This document shows, piece after piece, positions 9,346 through 16,219 of a stretch of 42,383 bases of DNA (position 1 is the stretch's first letter; each line of letters starts with the position of its first letter). The notes under the pieces were generated by a model. That model was not told where the DNA came from. It saw only the letters and a list, made by a program, of their open reading frames with translations, and searched no databases. A program made the position numbers and the translations under genes. This DNA comes from Candidatus Parcubacteria bacterium (GTDB lineage: Bacteria > Patescibacteriota > Minisyncoccia > Phycocordibacterales > Phycocordibacteraceae): assembly GCA_024654305.1 (NCBI GenBank), contig JANLIU010000014.1, positions 1 to 42,383 on the forward strand. Direction: 5' to 3'.

Positions 9346-9500
9346 CTTAAAGAGGGTGGAGAGAGAAGAGAAATCGCGGCTATGCGCAAGCGTGAACGCC
9401 AAGGTCCGAGACCGTGATCATTCCTGCCGTGTAGCCGAAATTTCGATTCATACGCCTACAATAGCGCTTTAGAGCCGTTTGTCAAGTCAAATTCTGTGAT

Positions 9501-9529
9501 TTGCGTATTTTGGGGAGGTGTGCTATAGT
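9501..9529 (+). promoter_or_regulatory. Candidate sigma-70-type promoter for the 9600 gene
   Basis: TTGCGT (9501-9506), a 17-nt spacer, then TATAGT (9524-9529). It sits about 70 nt upstream of the GGAGG RBS and the ATG at 9600. Confidence 0.4.
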
Positions 9530-9599
9530 GCGATCGGTGGTATAGAGGGGATTTTGGCCCCGAATGCCGTGTTCTTAACGCAACCAACGGAGGTGCCAG

Positions 9600-10151
9600 A
9601 TGGCGCTCAAATCAGCGAATCAACCAATTCGCTGGCTACAGCGAATCGGCATTTCAGTCCTCGGACTGACAGGCAATGCCGCGATGGTGTATGGATATGA
9701 TTTCGTAGTTTATCCCTATCTCATCGCGAACTACGGGTTTCTGTACGGCTGGCTGTACGCAGCTGTCGGCTCGGCCATACTCTGTCTCGGAACGCTCTGG
9801 TTCTACAACGTGACGAAGCAGGACTGGCTGCTTATCGAGACGATTAAGCGTATACGGGATGACCAGGCAGTCGGAAGAATCAGAAAATTCTTCCGCGATA
9901 TTGCCAACAGAGGCGATATGCTGGCGTTCCTCCTTCTTAGCTTACGGAAGGACGCTTTCATCGTCACCGTGTACATGCGGAAGGGTGCCGGGAATTACGC
10001 AATGACCGCCCGGGACTGGAAAATATTCTGGGCAAGCCTATTGATCTCGGAAACCTGGTGGGGGTTGCTCGTCTTCGGCGCCATAGAAGTTTTCAGAACA
10101 TGGCTGGCGCCTTTCACGGGACCCACTCTCAACTGGCTTGGTTTGGCCTAA
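9600..10151 (+). CDS. Hypothetical membrane protein (3-4 TM helices)
   Basis: 183-aa ORF with a GGAGG RBS. Hydrophobic helices flank a basic cytoplasmic loop. I recognise no family. Confidence 0.5.
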   Translation: MALKSANQPIRWLQRIGISVLGLTGNAAMVYGYDFVVYPYLIANYGFLYGWLYAAVGSAILCLGTLWFYNVTKQDWLLIETIKRIRDDQAVGRIRKFFRDIANRGDMLAFLLLSLRKDAFIVTVYMRKGAGNYAMTARDWKIFWASLLISETWWGLLVFGAIEVFRTWLAPFTGPTLNWLGLA

Positions 10152-10204
10152 TCGGCGGCAATGCACACTCATTGCTGCCGGTTTTTCTTTTAGTGGTACA
10201 ATAA

Positions 10205-10609
10205 ATGCCTATGTCAGCCCATTTTGGGGAACACATCACTGTCGACGGCTACGGAGGCGATTATGACCGACTCAATGACAAAGAAGCAGTCTTCTCTTGT
10301 CTCACGGGACTTTGTGATGCACTCCGGATGCGCCCTCTCAGTAAGCCTCATGTGCAGGTCCACTCTGCTCCAGATAATCACATAAAAGATCCAGGTGGCT
10401 GGAGCGGTATCCTCGTGATTGCCGAGAGTCATATCAGCATCCATACTTTCCCAAAGCGTCGCTTCGTTTCAGCCGATGTTTATACTTGCCAGAACGGTAT
10501 TGATGTTGACTTCATCATTGATTATTTCAAGAAGAAATTTCAGCTTGAAGATGTGGAAACGCACTTCATAAAACGCGGGCTAAAATATCCGGAGCACAAT
10601 TTACTCTAA
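10205..10609 (+). CDS. speH: S-adenosylmethionine decarboxylase proenzyme (pyruvoyl-dependent, small bacterial/archaeal class)
   Basis: 134 aa. The self-cleavage and active-site block VIAESHISIHTFP (E-S cleavage site), the DVYTC motif and the overall length match SpeH/SpeD class 1 AdoMetDC. Confidence 0.8.
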   Translation: MPMSAHFGEHITVDGYGGDYDRLNDKEAVFSCLTGLCDALRMRPLSKPHVQVHSAPDNHIKDPGGWSGILVIAESHISIHTFPKRRFVSADVYTCQNGIDVDFIIDYFKKKFQLEDVETHFIKRGLKYPEHNLL

Positions 10610-10689
10610 AATAACAGTCGTCCAGCAGGATTTTGAAATTCGGACGGATATTCCGCTCAAGGGATCTAGTGAGAAAGGAATTATTTCCC

Positions 10690-10706
10690 AGGTATGGACA
10701 AGAAAT
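10690..10706 (+). repeat. Left copy of a 17-nt direct repeat, AGGTATGGACAAGAAAT
   Basis: Identical to 13279-13295. It contains an ATG (10694) that opens only a 26-codon ORF (MDKKYKFHWLDPKVEVRDGGVEGKER). The right copy opens a 42-codon TM ORF that also starts MDKK. Confidence 0.7.
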
Positions 10707-10814
10707 ACAAATTTCACTGGCTGGATCCTAAGGTTGAGGTGCGAGATGGTGGGGTTGAAGGGAAGGAGCGATAATTTCATTTTCCGCGACACTTATTTTG
10801 TATAAGTCAATTAC

Positions 10815-10843
10815 TTGCAGACTCTGCAGTATTGTCGTATTAT
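10815..10843 (+). promoter_or_regulatory. Candidate promoter of the peptide/rSAM cassette
   Basis: TTGCAG (10815-10820), a 17-nt spacer, then TATTAT (10838-10843). It lies about 70 nt upstream of the peptide start codon in an AT-rich spacer. Confidence 0.45.
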
Positions 10844-10915
10844 CTCAAACGGATGTTTTGCTGAATCTTTGTTGAGGGTCCTCAGCAGCAGTGAAACTCT
10901 AATTAGGAGAAAATC

Positions 10916-11035
10916 GTGATTATACGCCCAAAACCATCGGACTATGTCCGTCTGTTGCAAGGCACAAATGCCAATGCCGCTGTAGGCCGTTGCGGGAAAT
11001 GCTCCGGCCGGTGCGCCAGCGTCGAACGCAAGTAA
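10916..11035 (+). CDS. Unannotated 39-aa Cys-rich peptide, a putative RiPP precursor
   Basis: GTG at 10916 lies 6 nt after AGGAG (10905-10909). Translation is MIIRPKPSDYVRLLQGTNANAAVGRCGKCSGRCASVERK, ending at TAA (11033-11035). It sits 101 nt upstream of, and co-oriented with, a radical SAM/SPASM gene, and is too short for the ORF track. Confidence 0.6.
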   Translation: MIIRPKPSDYVRLLQGTNANAAVGRCGKCSGRCASVERK

Positions 11036-11057
11036 CGCGCCGTTCCGTTCGGTTGAA

Positions 11058-11095
11058 GGGTGGGAGACAATCGTCTCTCGCCCTTTTCTTCTTTC
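11058..11095 (+). terminator. Intrinsic terminator or attenuator between the peptide ORF and the rSAM gene
   Basis: GGGTGGGAGAC-aatc-GTCTCTCGCCC (one G.U pair and one mismatch), followed by TTTTCTTCTTTC. Confidence 0.55.
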
Positions 11096-11136
11096 TAATT
11101 TAGAAAATCGCTCATTGATAATGTCAGGAGGGTGTC

Positions 11137-12483
11137 ATGCAACTATCGCGTTATTGTAAAACCTTGGAACGAAATGGAGTAACATCGGTCTTTCACTCGC
11201 TTAAGCCAGAACCTTTTTTCTTGCCCACTTCTGAATGGCAAAAAATGTTCGAGAGTGGCAATTGGAACGATGAAGTCAAAGAAATCATGTTGGAAAATGG
11301 TTTGTTGGTAACGGATAGTTCCGCTGACGAAAAGTATCGCGGACGCATCAAGTCAGAATTCGTTGATATTAAGATGGTCCCGATACTTTATCTCGTCCTC
11401 ACGAAAAACTGCAATCTTAGTTGCCGGCAGTGCTTCCAGTACGAGAGACATCGCCAGAAACTCGCTCCATTGCCTATGATGACTATCGAGACCGCTGTTG
11501 CAGGTATCGACAGCTTCGTTCGTCATCTGAAGCATAGCGATGGCAGTCAGCAATACAAGACACAGATATTCTTGTATGGTGGCGAGCCGTTCCTTAACTG
11601 GAACGTATTCCGTGGTGCGGTGGAGTATATCGAGTCGTTGAGGGGCTCCACGTTGCCCGAAGACGTAGAAGTGATGACCGTGACCAATGGAACATGTATA
11701 CGAGAGTCTCATGCGCGCTTCATGGTTGCGCATGACATTCGAGTAGCACTCTCGGTCGATGGTCCTAAGGAGGTCAATGACAAGTTTAGAGTCACCACCA
11801 AAGGGCGAGGCACATTCGACTGTATCGAACGCGGATTGAGGCTACTTCAGAAGTTTGGTGTCAAGACGACTCTGTCAGTCACCATTACTCCGAGCATCGC
11901 TTCGCGTCTTGTCGAGATTGTACGTTGGGCGCATGACGACATGCGTGTTGAGGCCATTAGTTTCAACATGATTGGCGGGAGCAGTTTCGACCGTGTTGCA
12001 AGTATGACTCGCGCGCAATACGACGAGGATGTCACGACGAGTATCATCAAAGCCTTCAAGGAGGCACGCGAGCTTGGGTTGTATGAAGACAGGATTGCTC
12101 GCAAGGCAGAAGGGTTCATTAGCCATAAGTTCAACGCAGTAGATTGTGCAGCAGTCGGGAATCAGATCGTCGTTCAACCTGACGGAAGGATTGCCTATTG
12201 CCACGCGTCAGAAGAATACAATGGCGGGTCAGTCTTCGATGTCAACTTCTTCGTGTTCGATGACCCGGGCGTGGCGATATGGAAACAGTCTCTGCCAATC
12301 AATAATGAACTCGGCTGCCAAGATTGTTCTGCAATCGCAACGTGCGGTTATGGATGCTTTCATCACGTTCAAGAACTCGGAGGTTCTCCACTTGAGAAAC
12401 GTGACGAGCAATACTGCCTGCACAATCGCCGGACGTTCGAGTTTTTGGTCTGGGATTTGTTCGAAAAAACACAAGCATCATGA
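11137..12483 (+). CDS. Radical SAM / SPASM-domain peptide-modifying enzyme
   Basis: 448 aa with RBS CAGGAGG. The CxxxCxxC cluster is at C92/C96/C99 (TKNCNLSCRQCF), followed by a GGEPFL SAM-binding block. The C-terminal SPASM pattern is complete: CAAVGNQIVVQPDGRIAYC (G-x4-C), CQDCSAIATCGYGC (C-x2-C-x5-C-x3-C, nt 12316-12357) and a final YC. A roughly 90-aa N-terminal extension precedes the radical SAM core. Confidence 0.85.
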   Translation: MQLSRYCKTLERNGVTSVFHSLKPEPFFLPTSEWQKMFESGNWNDEVKEIMLENGLLVTDSSADEKYRGRIKSEFVDIKMVPILYLVLTKNCNLSCRQCFQYERHRQKLAPLPMMTIETAVAGIDSFVRHLKHSDGSQQYKTQIFLYGGEPFLNWNVFRGAVEYIESLRGSTLPEDVEVMTVTNGTCIRESHARFMVAHDIRVALSVDGPKEVNDKFRVTTKGRGTFDCIERGLRLLQKFGVKTTLSVTITPSIASRLVEIVRWAHDDMRVEAISFNMIGGSSFDRVASMTRAQYDEDVTTSIIKAFKEARELGLYEDRIARKAEGFISHKFNAVDCAAVGNQIVVQPDGRIAYCHASEEYNGGSVFDVNFFVFDDPGVAIWKQSLPINNELGCQDCSAIATCGYGCFHHVQELGGSPLEKRDEQYCLHNRRTFEFLVWDLFEKTQAS

Positions 12484-12508
12484 GCAGGATCGTTCCCGCT
12501 CTTTTACA

Positions 12509-12540
12509 GGGACGCCCTAACAGGCGCCCCTATTATTTTG
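12509..12540 (+). terminator. Terminator-like hairpin after the rSAM gene
   Basis: GGGACGCC-ctaaca-GGCGCCCC (one mismatch), followed by TATTATTTT. Confidence 0.35.
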
Positions 12541-13278
12541 TATACTGATCGTAAGATGAAAGAATTTAAAACACCAACTATAGAAGTCGTCCTAGATAAG
12601 AAATGGGATAAGGAAGTCCTCACATACTTCATCGATGAAAAAGACCAAGAGTACGATTTCGGTTACGATCGTATAGCTTCTCTCCATCCTAGTATCGCGT
12701 CTATACGGGGAAAGAGTGACGAAGAGAAATTAGCAATCGTAACGCCGTATGTTGAAGATTACTATGCAGAACATCAACAAGATATCGTTGGTGCTAAACA
12801 GGAGATGGCGAACATATGGAAGTCTATAGCGGTGGAATATCTCATCGAGATAGAGAAAATATTCGGCGCACTTGATTTCTATAAACCAACTAAAATTACG
12901 GCGGCACTATCTATAGCTAGAGCGGGCGTTATTGGAGAGGATAATGCGAGTTTCCAGATCTGGTACAAAACAACCAAAGAACCTGCGGAAGTTCGACGGC
13001 ATTTCGCCCACGAAATTCTCCATTTCTTTTACTATGCTTACCTCGAAGAAAAAGGCCTTTCGGCATTAAAAAAAGACTGGGACAAGGCAGAAATATTCAA
13101 TGTTGTTATCTTGGGATTGCCGCAGTTTGTTTCTTTGATAGGGAAGCCAGATTTGGGTTACAAGCAACACGAGAAGCATTTTCCGTACTACCGGAATCTT
13201 TGGGCTGAAAGTGAGGATCTTGACGACTACCTTCTCCGGTCCGAACGAGTATCTGGTGATGCTATAATCTACTCATAG
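12538..13278 (+). CDS. Hypothetical protein with an HExxH zinc-metallopeptidase-type motif (DUF2268-like?)
   Basis: 246-aa ORF with a TTG start at 12538 and an alternative ATG at 12556 (MKEFKTP). The only clear motif is RRHFAHEILHFFY (HExxH). There is no signal peptide. The gene is visibly AT-richer than the flanking genes. Confidence 0.55.
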   Translation: MYTDRKMKEFKTPTIEVVLDKKWDKEVLTYFIDEKDQEYDFGYDRIASLHPSIASIRGKSDEEKLAIVTPYVEDYYAEHQQDIVGAKQEMANIWKSIAVEYLIEIEKIFGALDFYKPTKITAALSIARAGVIGEDNASFQIWYKTTKEPAEVRRHFAHEILHFFYYAYLEEKGLSALKKDWDKAEIFNVVILGLPQFVSLIGKPDLGYKQHEKHFPYYRNLWAESEDLDDYLLRSERVSGDAIIYS

Positions 13279-13295
13279 AGGTATGGACAAGAAAT
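13279..13295 (+). repeat. Right copy of the 17-nt direct repeat, AGGTATGGACAAGAAAT
   Basis: Identical to 10690-10706. It includes the ATG of the small TM ORF at 13283. Confidence 0.7.
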
Positions 13296-13411
13296 CAAAA
13301 ATCCTATTCACGCTACTTTTTATCGCCGTTGCCGTGTCGGTATACCTCACCTACGACCGTACTATCGTGCGACACGATTTTGAGACTTTTGATTCATCAA
13401 TAGAGCCCTAA
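13283..13411 (+). CDS. Possible 42-aa single-pass membrane mini-protein
   Basis: MDKKSKILFTLLFIAVAVSVYLTYDRTIVRHDFETFDSSIEP has a basic N-terminus followed by one TM helix. The RBS is weak, and the stop overlaps the convergent DHS-like gene by 4 nt. Confidence 0.35.
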   Translation: MDKKSKILFTLLFIAVAVSVYLTYDRTIVRHDFETFDSSIEP

Positions 13412-14514
13412 AGATCGAGAAGCACTGCGGCGATCCACGGGAACGCTACGGTCACGTCGCTCTGGATGATCTGGTAATAGCTCTCGGTCGAGAGCTTGTC
13501 CCAAGTTATTTTTTCCTTACCTCCGGCGCCGGAATAGGAGCCATACGACATAGGCGAGGATCCAATCTCGATAAAACCCTCCCAGTCTCTTACCTTGCCG
13601 TCGACTTTCAGATCACTCTTTAGGAACGGCACAACGCAAATAGGGAAGTCTGCCGAAATGCCTCCGCCAAGTTGCAAGAAGGCGATGGAGGCATCTTTGC
13701 TTTCTTTCATATACCAATCAGCCATAAGGTGGAAATATTCCATGCCGCTTTTCATAACATTGCCGTCTAAGACAACTCTGCCTTTTTCTTTATGTGGACC
13801 GTCGTACGTGTAGCTGGCAAAAATATTACCCATACTGGAATCTTCAAATCCGGGGACAATGATGGGAATATTTTTCTCAAATGCCGCATACGTCCAGCAA
13901 TCGTCGGGATTAGCTTGGGGATCGGGCTGTATCAATTTTTCCTCGAATAACCTGCGGAAGTATTCGTGTGGGAAATATTTTTCATTTTTATCTTGAGCCT
14001 CTTGCCACATCCTTAGCAAATGCGGCTCCATAATGCGCACGCTCTCATCTTCTGGCAAGAAGGTATCGGTGATCCGGCGAAGGCCGGCATCACGCAATTC
14101 CGCTTCCTGCTCCGGGGTCAGCTCGGTATAGCGAGGAATATTGGCGTAGTGCGAATGGGCGACATAGCGGTAATAGGATTCCTCATGGTTGGCGCCAGTG
14201 GTGGATATCAGATGCACCTTATCCTTTCGTATGAGTTCGGCGAGCACGACGCCAATTTGGAAAGAGCTTAGGGCGCCTGCTAGGGTAATGACCAATTTTC
14301 CCCCGTTCATCAAATGATCTTTCAGCCACAAAGCCGCTTCCATAGTTGAGCCGCCGTTGCAATGCAGAAGCGTTCTTTCTGCAAAGGTGCTCACCGGCGC
14401 AGAACTTCCTTTTATATTCGCGCTCAGTGTACCCACTGCTTTAATATCATCCGGTACAATGAGCTTCTGTAGCCCCGGTGAAAGTTTGTCCAGTGTGCTT
14501 TTCTTCATATGCAT
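13408..14514 (-). CDS. Deoxyhypusine synthase family protein (DHS-like, possibly a homospermidine-synthase-like enzyme)
   Basis: 368 aa. The blocks TLAGALSSFQIGVVLAELIRKDKVHLISTTGANHEES, LQLGGGISADFP and SYSGAGGKEKITWDKL parallel the DHS blocks (SnliSsG.R..i..L.....vD.ivtTaGg.EeD; GGGv.KHh; SGA.p.EavSWGKi). Confidence 0.65.
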   Translation of the reverse strand: MHMKKSTLDKLSPGLQKLIVPDDIKAVGTLSANIKGSSAPVSTFAERTLLHCNGGSTMEAALWLKDHLMNGGKLVITLAGALSSFQIGVVLAELIRKDKVHLISTTGANHEESYYRYVAHSHYANIPRYTELTPEQEAELRDAGLRRITDTFLPEDESVRIMEPHLLRMWQEAQDKNEKYFPHEYFRRLFEEKLIQPDPQANPDDCWTYAAFEKNIPIIVPGFEDSSMGNIFASYTYDGPHKEKGRVVLDGNVMKSGMEYFHLMADWYMKESKDASIAFLQLGGGISADFPICVVPFLKSDLKVDGKVRDWEGFIEIGSSPMSYGSYSGAGGKEKITWDKLSTESYYQIIQSDVTVAFPWIAAVLLDL

Positions 14515-14551
14515 AACTATACCACTCGGGGATGCTATGATTTAGAGACAT

Positions 14552-16180
14552 ATGCAACCGCTTTGTCCGTGGGAACCAGCGCAATATCTTATCTTTTCGA
14601 GCAACGTTCCGACGCTTCTTTATTATTCGCACTTTATTGCGATATTGGCGGCAGTCATTTTCGCTCTCGTATTAATTCCACGAGTTCGCGAGTCTCTTTC
14701 CATTAAACTATTCCTCGCGACCATTCTTTTCTTTACCGCATGGACGATTATCGACGTCCTTCTTTGGGCATCGAATCGACCTGACATAGTCCTGTTTTAT
14801 TGGAGCCTCCAGATGCTCTTGGAATCGCTTTTGTATGTCTCGGCATTTTATTTCGCTTATGTATTCATCGCCCAGAAAGAATTGAAGTTTATGTGGCAGA
14901 TCGGTCTCGTTCTGCTGCTCGTGCCGATTCTTGTGCTTCTGCCGACCCCGTATCTATTGCCTGGCGTAGATATTGCGTGGTGCAATGCCGAGGAAACACC
15001 GTCTCTGAATTTCCTGTCAACGTATGCAGTTCAAATATTGTTGAGTTTTCTTATCCTGTTCGCGAGTTTTTGGGGAATCAGTACCCAGCCGAAACGGAAA
15101 AAGGAAGTCATACTTTTCACGACTGGGCTCATCATATTCCTCATCGCCTTCTCTTCAGGGAACATCATCGGGAGCATCACTGAAGATTGGGAATTGGCGC
15201 AGGTTGGATTGTTCGGAATGCCGGTATTCATCGCGTTCCTTGCCTACACCGTTGTCAGGTTCAAGACATTCAAAGTAAAACTTATTGCCACACAGGCGCT
15301 TGTTGCAGGAATTGCCGTGCTCATCGGAGCGCGTTTGTTCTATAGCACGACAACATCCGGCACCGTCTTGTCAGCAGTGACGCTCGTCGGTTTCTTAATC
15401 AGTGGAGTCTTTCTTATTCGCAGTGTAAAGAAAGAGATAGAGCAGCGCGAACATATTGAGATTCTCGCCAAAGAATTGCAGGAAACTAATGAGCGGCAGG
15501 ATACGCTTCTGCACTTTATCGGGCACGAGGTGAAAGGGTCGCTCGCCAAGGACGCGGGAGCATTTGCGTCGCTCGTTGAAGGGGATTTCGGCCCACTCGC
15601 GGAAAATATGAAGAACTTCGTGACGCAAGCGCTCGTGGAATCGCAGGGCGGCGCAAGTTCGGTGGAGAATATCCTGAAGGCCTCTAACCTCAAAAAGGGC
15701 TCCGTGACGTATACGAAAGCACTATTCGACCTCAAAGAACTCGTCGCGAAAGCGGTGGAGCGGGCGAAACCGGCCGCTGAAAAGAAAGGGCTTGCGCTTA
15801 CATTCTTGGTACAAGAAATGGGGACGCCGTATATCCTCAACGGCGATGGACCACAGATATTTGACCATGTCTTGCGCAATATCATTGATAACTCCATCAA
15901 CTACACGCCCTCGGGCTCCGTCACCGTCTCGCTCAAGAAAGAGAACGGGAAGTTCGTCTTTGCGGTAAAGGACACCGGCGTCGGCATTACCGAAGAAGAC
16001 AAGAAACGCCTCTTTACCGAAGGCGGCCACGGCAAGGATTCGCAGCGGATAAATGTCCATTCCACCGGCTATGGTCTCTTCATCGCGAAGAGCATCGTGG
16101 AGGAGCACGGCGGCACTATCCGCGCCGAGTCTGAGGGCGCGGGCAAGGGCTCGACCTTTATCGTGGAGTTTCCTGTCTGA
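14552..16180 (+). CDS. Sensor histidine kinase with an N-terminal multi-pass (about 7 TM) membrane sensor domain
   Basis: 542 aa. It has an H-box LHFIGHEVKGSL and HATPase_c blocks (N-box NIIDNSINYT, G1 VKDTGVGI, G2 GYGLFIAKSIVEEHGG). No response regulator gene is adjacent. Confidence 0.85.
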   Translation: MQPLCPWEPAQYLIFSSNVPTLLYYSHFIAILAAVIFALVLIPRVRESLSIKLFLATILFFTAWTIIDVLLWASNRPDIVLFYWSLQMLLESLLYVSAFYFAYVFIAQKELKFMWQIGLVLLLVPILVLLPTPYLLPGVDIAWCNAEETPSLNFLSTYAVQILLSFLILFASFWGISTQPKRKKEVILFTTGLIIFLIAFSSGNIIGSITEDWELAQVGLFGMPVFIAFLAYTVVRFKTFKVKLIATQALVAGIAVLIGARLFYSTTTSGTVLSAVTLVGFLISGVFLIRSVKKEIEQREHIEILAKELQETNERQDTLLHFIGHEVKGSLAKDAGAFASLVEGDFGPLAENMKNFVTQALVESQGGASSVENILKASNLKKGSVTYTKALFDLKELVAKAVERAKPAAEKKGLALTFLVQEMGTPYILNGDGPQIFDHVLRNIIDNSINYTPSGSVTVSLKKENGKFVFAVKDTGVGITEEDKKRLFTEGGHGKDSQRINVHSTGYGLFIAKSIVEEHGGTIRAESEGAGKGSTFIVEFPV

Positions 16181-16219
16181 ATTTCATCGTGCGGAAAGGG
16201 AGTGATAGAATAGATTTCT

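Noticed and set aside
10601-10792. 63-aa minus-strand ORF in the spacer upstream of the peptide gene
   Set aside because: It has no RBS and no motifs, and it runs antisense across the speH stop and the left direct repeat. It is most likely non-coding.
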